NCBI GenBank assembly: GCA_040879605.1 | Contig: JBBDKB010000030.1 | Location: 6,821-41,192 of the forward strand | DNA length: 34,372 bases | Source of the DNA: Minisyncoccota bacterium | GTDB lineage: Bacteria; Patescibacteriota; Minisyncoccia; Phycocordibacterales; JBBDKB01 | Direction: 5' to 3' | Shown: positions 16,778-23,799 of the stretch, piece by piece | Layout: each line of letters starts with the position of its first letter | Numbering within the stretch: position 1 is the first letter of the stretch | Notes under the pieces: generated by a model | Databases searched by the model: none | What the model saw: only the letters and a program-made list of their open reading frames with translations | What the model was told of the DNA's origin: nothing | Position numbers and translations under genes: made by a program

Positions 16778-17389
16778 CTAGAAAGTCTCAAACGTTGTCA
16801 CAAGCGGTACTCCTGGCTGTGCTTCAAGGAGCGTATCCTCCCTGAAGTCAAACACTTCATCTCCGTCATCCACATAGAGAACAGCATGGTACTCTCTGTT
16901 CGCTTTGGTTTCCCGAAGAAGGGTAACACTCCCTGCATGCTCCCCTTCGCTGAAGCGAGCCGCACCAAGAATATTTCCAAGAGTTCCGGCATTGTCCTCA
17001 TGGATTGCCACCCATCCGGACGTTGAGAGAGAAACCCTATCAACCAGAACCAGAGCTCCCGCTCGCTGATCGGCAACAACAATCACATTACCAGCGGCCT
17101 GTCCTTCATTACTGTTTGAATTAAATTGCGCTCCGATAGGAGAAGGATTTGTAGCTCCTGCATTTCCTTGGCTTCCGGCCGTTCCAGAATCAATTTGAGT
17201 ATTGTCTGCCTCCTCGATGGGAGCATTTGCCTCTTGCGGCCCCGCAACCATCCAGAGAACTACTGCAAGAATCCCAACTGCAAGCCCCACAAGAAAAGAG
17301 CTTATTGTTTTTTTATCAAAGTAGCGGCGCTTCTCGTCGCCCCTCTTGTTGTTTTCTCCCTTATTCTCTTCCCAAATATTTTCTGCCAT
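16778..17389 (-). CDS. Membrane-anchored hypothetical protein with a low-complexity linker and a beta-rich C-terminal domain
   Basis: One TM segment (FLVGLAVGILAVVLWMVA), an N/G/A/S-rich linker, then VADQ...GWVAIHE...GNILGA...YHAVLYVDDGD. Confidence 0.8.
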   Translation of the reverse strand: MAENIWEENKGENNKRGDEKRRYFDKKTISSFLVGLAVGILAVVLWMVAGPQEANAPIEEADNTQIDSGTAGSQGNAGATNPSPIGAQFNSNSNEGQAAGNVIVVADQRAGALVLVDRVSLSTSGWVAIHEDNAGTLGNILGAARFSEGEHAGSVTLLRETKANREYHAVLYVDDGDEVFDFREDTLLEAQPGVPLVTTFETF

Positions 17390-17409
17390 ACGCGGGGTAT
17401 TCTACACGC

Positions 17410-18237
17410 TTAAGAAGCTCTGCACAAGACATCCGCTTCCTCAAGCGCTTCAGCGATCTTTTTGTCGCTTAACCCGGCCTCCTTCATCTCTTGCCGCTTT
17501 TCTTTTAGGGCTTTAGAGAGCACTACGTTCTTTTCAAGAAGATGGAGCTTTTCCTTGTTGGAGAGGCTCGTGAGGCACGTCAAGGGATAGACTTTTGTCT
17601 CCTCAATCAGATCTTGCAAGTTGCCTTCTCTTGGATGGCTCCAACTTATCACCTCGAGGCCAGCACACTTTGAATAATGAATGGTGTTTTTTGTAAATTT
17701 TGTGTTTGTAAGAAGTAATCCTGTTGCGCGGCATCCCTTCGGAACTGCCACTCCTTCTTGCAAATCATGGAAGCGCGCATACACATAAAGTGCCACCTGT
17801 ACGTCAGATTTTGTACCGGCGCGATTATGAAACTTGAGTTCTCCAAAGATGCATTCGTTTTCCTTTCGTGCAACAAGATCAACCTCATGGGTGGTACATT
17901 TCCCATCTAAAACTTCCCCCACCCTCACTCGGTACCCTTTCTCCTCAAAAATGCGAGCTACAAATACCTCAAAAGGAAACCCTGTTGGTCCCAAGGAGAG
18001 CACCGCCCGTTTGAGTGAATAGCGAGAAGCGGCAGGCTTCTCCAACTTTTTAAGAAGCCCAAAAGCTTTTCTATAAATCTGCCCTGTTGAATCGCCGTCA
18101 TTTATCTCTGAAGTTATTTTCTTCAGAACCTCTTCAATAGAGGCCTCGGAGGCTCCGGAACGGGTTAAAGAATAACGAAGTTTCTCCGGCTGGAATGCTT
18201 CCTCCGTGCCATCAGCTTTTTTTATAAGTGGATTCAT
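17410..18237 (-). CDS. ATP-cone domain fused to an Mrr-like restriction endonuclease domain
   Basis: N-terminal IKKADGTEEAFQPEKLRYSL (ATP-cone signature), then FEVFVARIF..KGY, HEVDLVA...ELK (PD-(D/E)XK) and LLTNTKFT. Confidence 0.8.
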   Translation of the reverse strand: MNPLIKKADGTEEAFQPEKLRYSLTRSGASEASIEEVLKKITSEINDGDSTGQIYRKAFGLLKKLEKPAASRYSLKRAVLSLGPTGFPFEVFVARIFEEKGYRVRVGEVLDGKCTTHEVDLVARKENECIFGELKFHNRAGTKSDVQVALYVYARFHDLQEGVAVPKGCRATGLLLTNTKFTKNTIHYSKCAGLEVISWSHPREGNLQDLIEETKVYPLTCLTSLSNKEKLHLLEKNVVLSKALKEKRQEMKEAGLSDKKIAEALEEADVLCRAS

Positions 18238-18657
18238 CTACTCGCTTAGCACAAGATTGAGTGGAGCTCCATTTAAGGTCGCCCTGATAAGGGCATCCTC
18301 ACCTGCGGTAAAGCTTACTTCAAACTCTCGTGGCGTAATAACTTGTGCACAAAGCTCATCTCCTGGCTCGCTCCGAAGCGCGATAAGTGCTTGTTTTGGA
18401 TCGGTTGAAAATACACTAATTGAAGTTGAGAGGGAGTGACACGGAGTTGGGAGATCAACGAATCCAGAAACAACGTATGTTGTCCCATCAAATTCCCTTT
18501 GAATTGGCACAACCTGGTGAACCTCATCATTGCTCTGTACTTCCCGCTCTCTGACATCCGTACTCTCCAGAAAGCTTCCGAGAAAGAAATTTGGAAACAT
18601 GAAAACAACAAATGCGAGTGCAAGCAGTAGAACAATAAAATTTGTTTTGTTGGTCAT
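18238..18657 (-). CDS. Exported or membrane-anchored hypothetical protein
   Basis: N-terminal hydrophobic segment; Cys pair LPTPCH...LCAQVIT. Confidence 0.8.
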   Translation of the reverse strand: MTNKTNFIVLLLALAFVVFMFPNFFLGSFLESTDVREREVQSNDEVHQVVPIQREFDGTTYVVSGFVDLPTPCHSLSTSISVFSTDPKQALIALRSEPGDELCAQVITPREFEVSFTAGEDALIRATLNGAPLNLVLSE

Positions 18658-18825
18658 AAAAATATATTAGATTTCTTTAAGTATATGAGAATGAATAGAA
18701 AGATGCGAGAAGGCTTTCCACAGTCCCTCTTATCAATCTTGGCGTCCACTTTTTCCTCCATCCTCCCGCTCAGTAAATGAACAGATCACCAAACCCCAAA
18801 TACTCAGCGACTTTCCTTTTCTTCT

Positions 18826-18868
18826 TTCCCCTTAAAGCCCAACACTCGGTGTTGGGCTTTAAGGGGAA
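18826..18868. repeat. Perfect 20-bp inverted repeat with 3-nt spacer (ACAC-CGA-GTGT core family, reverse orientation), overlapping the mnmA stop
   Basis: TTCCCCTTAAAGCCCAACAC-TCG-GTGTTGGGCTTTAAGGGGAA. Confidence 0.95.
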
Positions 18869-19908
18869 GTGATGATTCCACCGCCAAGACATTCATCTCC
18901 GTTATACAGAACACATGACTGTCCGGATGCTGCCCTTTCCCCATCTATCTCCACTCTCCCATTGCCTCTGCAGATGCAAGGAAGTGGAGTTTGCCGATGT
19001 CGTAGCCGACAGGTGTAGGGAGAGCCCTCTTGCGGAGAGGCACTAAGCCAATTTTCATCACGAAGCTTTATCAAAGCCTCCTCCTCTTTTGGAGGATTTG
19101 TTGACACGGTGAGCGTATTGGATTCTATATCTTTTTCGATGACGTAGTGCGGTTTTTTCTGTTCATCCACATCGCTAATCAAGAAGCCATGTCGTTGCCC
19201 TCGTGTATAAAAGAATGCTCCTTCGTGTGTGCCAACTTTTTCTCCTTTTTCATTGAGAACTACTCCTTCCTTTTCTTCTAGAAAATGCTTCAAGAAGTCC
19301 TGCATAACAAGCTCCCCAAGAAAGCAGAGCCCTTGGCTTTCTCTTTTTCTTGCTGTAGGGAGTCCAAATCGCTCCGCAAGCTGGCGTACCTCCTTCTTTC
19401 TAAAACCCCCTATTGGAAAAAGAGTGCTCTTTAGCTCCTCTTGTGTGAGTGTCCAGAGGAAGTATGTTTGATCCTTTTCTCCATCAACACCTTTAAAAAG
19501 CCTGCGCACTTCCCCTTCTTTATCCACTCGCGCATAGTGCCCTGTTGCAATTTTATCCGCTCCCATCTCTTTTGCCTTCTTTAGAAAAGAGCCGAACTTA
19601 ATATGCTGGTTACAAAGCACGTCAGGGTTTGGTGTCTCTCCTCTCTTGTAAGAAGCAATCATTGAGTCAACAACTTCTTTTTTATACTCTTCACCAAACT
19701 CAAAAGTGAGAAAAGGAATCTCAAGTGTTGCACACACTCGCATCGCATCGAGTCTGTCTTCCGGCCAAGTGCACTCCAAAAAATCAGGTTGCCATACTTT
19801 GATAAAGACACCCACAACATTATGGCCTTGCTCTTTGAGCAAGGCGGCTGAGACAGAAGAGTCAACGCCTCCGGAGAGTCCGACAAATACTGTTTCTTTA
19901 CCCTTCAT
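18859..19908 (-). CDS. mnmA: tRNA-specific 2-thiouridylase MnmA
   Basis: SGGVDSSV, TPNPDVLCN, ATGHYAR, KDQTYFL and ESQGLCF motifs. Confidence 0.98.
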   Translation of the reverse strand: MKGKETVFVGLSGGVDSSVSAALLKEQGHNVVGVFIKVWQPDFLECTWPEDRLDAMRVCATLEIPFLTFEFGEEYKKEVVDSMIASYKRGETPNPDVLCNQHIKFGSFLKKAKEMGADKIATGHYARVDKEGEVRRLFKGVDGEKDQTYFLWTLTQEELKSTLFPIGGFRKKEVRQLAERFGLPTARKRESQGLCFLGELVMQDFLKHFLEEKEGVVLNEKGEKVGTHEGAFFYTRGQRHGFLISDVDEQKKPHYVIEKDIESNTLTVSTNPPKEEEALIKLRDENWLSASPQEGSPYTCRLRHRQTPLPCICRGNGRVEIDGERAASGQSCVLYNGDECLGGGIITSP

Positions 19909-19914
19909 GCGAGT

Positions 19915-19923
19915 GTTATAACA
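19915..19923 (-). promoter_or_regulatory. Extended -10 promoter of mnmA, leaderless
   Basis: Minus strand TGT-TATAAC, then 6 nt to ATG at 19908. Confidence 0.55.
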
Positions 19924-19925
19924 TA

Positions 19926-19982
19926 TTGCTCACCCTCATGTAATCAGGTACTGTTCTCCTAGCGTATGTTGAAAGGAGGTGA
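19926..19982 (+). promoter_or_regulatory. Putative sigma70 promoter and strong Shine-Dalgarno site
   Basis: TTGCTC(19926)-17 nt-TACTGT(19949); AAGGAGGTGA at 19973-19982, 5 nt before ATG at 19988. Confidence 0.65.
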
Positions 19983-19987
19983 TTTTC

Positions 19988-20305
19988 ATGACTACGCAGA
20001 GTTCTTTACCCCGAGTGTCACTTGCCGGCGTCCAGCTCACCGCTGTGGTTGACAAAGAGCTCGAGCTCTTTGAATTCCCCGGATGGGAGGTGTCCGTCGC
20101 GACACTTCGGCCAAATAGTGTGCACGAGGTCCTCGTTGCCAACCTGGATGGTAGGCGAGCTCTCGTGTTTACAACGGACAATCATGTCCTTGCTTGGCCT
20201 CGCCCGGAGCAACTTCGAGGCTTGCTTGCACAGGGAAGGGTGCGACTCTTCCACCGTAACCTTGAACCGATTGCCGACGAGGAGCTAGCACCATGGCTTG
20301 GTTGA
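19988..20305 (+). CDS. Hypothetical protein (105 aa), the only plus-strand gene
   Basis: Fills the mnmA-mltG gap; has its own promoter, a full SD and a downstream hairpin. Confidence 0.75.
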   Translation: MTTQSSLPRVSLAGVQLTAVVDKELELFEFPGWEVSVATLRPNSVHEVLVANLDGRRALVFTTDNHVLAWPRPEQLRGLLAQGRVRLFHRNLEPIADEELAPWLG

Positions 20306-20311
20306 CCTTAA

Positions 20312-20357
20312 AAGAGCCACACGTAAGTGATCAATCGATCAAACTGCTGTGGCTCTT
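20312..20357. terminator. Hairpin between convergent genes
   Basis: AAGAGCCACA...TGTGGCTCTT, a 10-bp outer stem with inner TGATC/GATCA; followed by T residues on the minus strand. Confidence 0.55.
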
Positions 20358-20374
20358 CCCCTTTAATCCGAACT

Positions 20375-21361
20375 TCAGTCGAGGTAAAGCGCTCGGTTTC
20401 TCTTGTGTCCTTCAAACGTTTCAGCGTAGCGCATCACACCATTTCTATCAGTAAGATAGTAAAGATACGGTGTTTCAATCGGAGTGATTGCCGCATAAAT
20501 TGCATCTTCACCCGGGTTTCCAATCGGCCCGGGAGGAAGGCCAACATTCGTGTATGTGTTATAAGGAGATTCAACTTTAAGGGTCTCAAATGTTGGGTGG
20601 AATGTTGCTCTCTTTTCAATGTAGCCGAAGACCGCGTCCACCTGAAGCGGCATTCCAAGTTCAAGGCGCTTCCAGAGAATGCCGGCAATGATCTGTCGCG
20701 TTTCCATTTTCCGCGCCTCTTTTTCAAGGAGCGAAGCCATAATGAGCGCTTCTTCAAAATCATAGCCCGCTCTCTCTACTTCCTGACGAAGGAGTTCCTC
20801 TTTTTCCTTAAAATTCTTCTGAAATGCTTTGAGTACCACCTGATGACTGGTGGCAGGAAGAAAAAAGTAAGTATCAGGAAAAAGTTTTCCTTCTCTTCCC
20901 TCAGCGGTTTTTAAAAAAGCACCTCTATTGAAGTTTGAAAGTTCACGTGAGAGAATACTAGCGATTTCATAACTTGCCGCTCCTTCAGGAATGAGGACAG
21001 GAATGGTATCCACACCAAATTCACCTCTTGAAAGAGCATACGCGATACCAAGCGCTGTCTTCTTTTCTGGAAGATAGTAGCTTCCGGCAAAGACCCCCTT
21101 CTCGCCTCGAAGAAGAATCACAAAATTTCTCAACCATTTTGCGGATGAGACCACCTTCCTCTCCTCAAGTGTATGCGCTATTTCTGAAAGCGATTGTCCT
21201 TCCTCTACTTCAATTACACTACCGACAGGAAAATTACTCGGGGGTTTCAACGCAACCATATAAAATGCCCCGAACACTAATGCAAAACCAATCAATCCTG
21301 CCCTCACTCTCTTGCTTTGAAGGGCATGTGCTGTCTTATTTTGAAAATATCTTAAGCTCAT
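20375..21361 (-). CDS. mltG: Endolytic transglycosylase MltG (YceG family)
   Basis: N-terminal TM, EGKLFPDTY, MASLLEKE, MPLQVDA and SPYNTY..GLPPGPIGNPG. Start reassigned to ATG at 21361. Confidence 0.95.
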   Translation of the reverse strand: MSLRYFQNKTAHALQSKRVRAGLIGFALVFGAFYMVALKPPSNFPVGSVIEVEEGQSLSEIAHTLEERKVVSSAKWLRNFVILLRGEKGVFAGSYYLPEKKTALGIAYALSRGEFGVDTIPVLIPEGAASYEIASILSRELSNFNRGAFLKTAEGREGKLFPDTYFFLPATSHQVVLKAFQKNFKEKEELLRQEVERAGYDFEEALIMASLLEKEARKMETRQIIAGILWKRLELGMPLQVDAVFGYIEKRATFHPTFETLKVESPYNTYTNVGLPPGPIGNPGEDAIYAAITPIETPYLYYLTDRNGVMRYAETFEGHKRNRALYLD

Positions 21362-21362
21362 A

Positions 21363-22673
21363 TTATTCAGCCTCCGGTGCGCGTGGAAGATTTGACGGCG
21401 CTTCCGCTCTGATAGAGCCGATTCTCTCAAGTGCTGGAGCGCTCACTACTCTACCTGGGAAGTGGTATACTGTTGCGATTTCCTCAGCTGAAAGCACAAA
21501 GTGTGGCCGCTTATAAGGCGGATAGAAGAAAGAGCGCCACTTATATGCCGTGAATGCCCCTTTCTGCTTTCTCCTCTTTGCTCGTCCAAAGAAGTTCTGC
21601 CATGGAAAGTAGAAAGGCCCTACAAGAAACACAGGTTTGAACCCATTGTGTGTGTGAGCTTCAAACGCCCTCATTGAGGTGGGAAGGCCAGCATTTTTTG
21701 CTGAATCGTAGTACTCTTCTTTTGCAAAATAAAGCATCCGAATACCAGCATCAAATGGTTTTTTATTGAGGTTTTTCTGCATCGCTTCTATTCCCTCCTG
21801 GTCGCCTTTTGAAAGTCTAGAGAAATTTGGCGACTTACTATTTTCATCCATAGTTTTCTTAAGAATCTTTTCTATCTCTTCTTCGGCATCTTTTTGCCAT
21901 GCGTTATCTTGATGCGCTTTAATAACAATCTGCATCCAGAGATGCTCTCCCTTTCCGAGAGTCCCAAAGAACTCCATCAGCACGGAGAGAGGATCAATTT
22001 TAAACTCCTCTTTTTGCTCGCGATCGAGTCCGTAGTCTACATAGGTTTTGATTGGATATGGATCTGGTTGCTGAAGCGCCTGCTCAATTGCAAAAATTTT
22101 CATGGTATCGGGATCAAATTCATGCCCGGCAGTGTAGTCGGGGACTTCCTCAACCTCCACATTTGGGTACTGACTATAAATCTGCGCTTCTATAAGTTTT
22201 TTGTACTTTTCTTTTGTCCAGATGTAGAAATGGATTCTACCCTCGCTTGAAACCATCTCCAGGGAAAAAAAATGATCTGTAACTCCGCCGAAATATTTAT
22301 CAAAAATGGTATCTGCAGCTCCTGTTTGGAAGAGTGTGTTGAGAACCGTCTCCATTGCAAGCGGAGATTGAGTAATCTCTTGAGGAAGACGAATTTCAAG
22401 AAGAGTGAAGTCTGTTTCAGCATGATGTCTTGTCTGTGTGTATGCCATCCAGTTCCTCCAAAGAATTGCAGTAAGGAAAATCGGAATCCAGATGGGCCAC
22501 GACTTCAGAAGAAAAAGGAAAGCTGGAACGAAAAACCCAGGGAAAGCCGGAATCACAAAAAAGACATAAAGAAGTGTCCCGAGGCCTGCAACGTGCCCAG
22601 GAGAGATACCAATCTCCTTTAGTTTTTTCATCCCATCCTTGTAGAAAGGAACTTCGGTAAGTATATGAATCAT
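21363..22673 (-). CDS. Conserved membrane-associated hypothetical protein, resembling the N-terminal region of CPR VirB4/VirD4-like secretion-associated proteins
   Basis: N-terminal TMs, then LLEIRLP, FSLEMVS..GRIHFYI, IYSQYP.VEVEEV.DY, YPIKTY, DPLS and EIATVYHFP; no Walker A. Family link is from recall. Confidence 0.55.
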   Translation of the reverse strand: MIHILTEVPFYKDGMKKLKEIGISPGHVAGLGTLLYVFFVIPAFPGFFVPAFLFLLKSWPIWIPIFLTAILWRNWMAYTQTRHHAETDFTLLEIRLPQEITQSPLAMETVLNTLFQTGAADTIFDKYFGGVTDHFFSLEMVSSEGRIHFYIWTKEKYKKLIEAQIYSQYPNVEVEEVPDYTAGHEFDPDTMKIFAIEQALQQPDPYPIKTYVDYGLDREQKEEFKIDPLSVLMEFFGTLGKGEHLWMQIVIKAHQDNAWQKDAEEEIEKILKKTMDENSKSPNFSRLSKGDQEGIEAMQKNLNKKPFDAGIRMLYFAKEEYYDSAKNAGLPTSMRAFEAHTHNGFKPVFLVGPFYFPWQNFFGRAKRRKQKGAFTAYKWRSFFYPPYKRPHFVLSAEEIATVYHFPGRVVSAPALERIGSIRAEAPSNLPRAPEAE

Positions 22674-22694
22674 TGTCTCTATTGTAGCGGGAAA

Positions 22695-22733
22695 TACACA
22701 AAAAAGGGAGCGGACAGCCCCCTTTTTTGTGTA
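22695..22733 (-). terminator. Intrinsic terminator
   Basis: TACACAAAAAAGGGAGC-GGACA-GCCCCCTTTTTTGTGTA; the single mismatch is a G-U pair on the minus strand; T6 tract. Confidence 0.85.
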
Positions 22734-22735
22734 GT

Positions 22736-23764
22736 TTACTTGAGGGTATATCTACCTCCTCCTTCTCGCACAAAAAGTTTTCCGTCTTGAAGATTTACGA
22801 TAATGGTGTTGTCCTTCACGTAACGCTCCTTCTTTACGAGGTCAATAATCTCAGAGCGCGAAAGAGGTCCGTTCTTCTCTAAAATATCTTTAATAACATC
22901 CTTCACGACGCCGGTTGAGTACCCCCACTCAGAGAGTGCGTAAAGTCCTCTCCCGACAAGCACGAACCTGGAATCTTTAATTAGCTCATTATGGCATGTT
23001 GCTTCATGCGCTTTTCTATCAAAGAGCTCGGTGATAGAATGGGCAACCTCGCGAAAGTGCATCGGTGAGCCATGACGCTTAATTACAAGATACGCATAAT
23101 CACGCATTCCTTTTGCTTTTACATTCGGAGACTCTGCCTTCCCCCATTCTCCAAGCGGGTTCTTATCAAGTGTTTTTGAAAGAGAAAGCCATCGGCGAGC
23201 AATTTCCTCATTCCTATATTTCTCATTAAGCCCCTGTACTTCACTTAGGAAGTGTGCGATGAGGTCTGACTCAGGAACGAGATCATCATCAGAAAGATTC
23301 TGATAGAGTTTCCGAAGCGCATTTTGCACTTGCTTTGCAAGCGCCTGATCAATATGCCAGCGGTGGTGAAACTCGGCGCTTTCTTTTTCGTGAACGAAAA
23401 ACTCTCCTACAGTAAGAAGGAAGGTGAAATGGTTGCGAGTGCTTTTGTCTTTAGAGAGAGCGCCAAGAAGCTCACGCTCAGAAACAAGCCCCCCGAGTTC
23501 ATCGATCTCTTCTTTTAGTGCCTCAAAAATTTCTTGCTCCTTCTTGAGTACGTCGGACTTCTGAATAAGCTCAAGCGCGTGATTTTCAATCTGGCGGACT
23601 CTCTCTCGTGTGATCCCGTATTTCTTTCCAATTGCCTCCAAAGTAAGCGGATGGAGAACCTCTCCGAGACCGTATCGAGAAGTGAGAATTTCTTTAGCGC
23701 GAGGAGAAAGCGCTGAGAGAAGCCTCTTGACAACTAGCTTAGGTTTTAGCGCGCTTTTCTTCAT
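22736..23764 (-). CDS. Sigma70 region-4 HTH protein with a C-terminal winged helix (HARE-HTH/RNAP delta-like)
   Basis: LSPRAKEILTSRYGL...TLEAIGKKYGITRERVRQIE; C-terminal PMHFREVA...HNELIKDSRFVLVGRGLYALSEWG; no sigma region 2. Confidence 0.8.
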   Translation of the reverse strand: MKKSALKPKLVVKRLLSALSPRAKEILTSRYGLGEVLHPLTLEAIGKKYGITRERVRQIENHALELIQKSDVLKKEQEIFEALKEEIDELGGLVSERELLGALSKDKSTRNHFTFLLTVGEFFVHEKESAEFHHRWHIDQALAKQVQNALRKLYQNLSDDDLVPESDLIAHFLSEVQGLNEKYRNEEIARRWLSLSKTLDKNPLGEWGKAESPNVKAKGMRDYAYLVIKRHGSPMHFREVAHSITELFDRKAHEATCHNELIKDSRFVLVGRGLYALSEWGYSTGVVKDVIKDILEKNGPLSRSEIIDLVKKERYVKDNTIIVNLQDGKLFVREGGGRYTLK

Positions 23765-23799
23765 GATATCTATATTTGTATCACGCTTATAAGAAAGCG

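Noticed and set aside
18714-18722. DnaA box or replication origin
   Set aside because: A single imperfect match (CTTTCCACA) with no cluster and no dnaA nearby.
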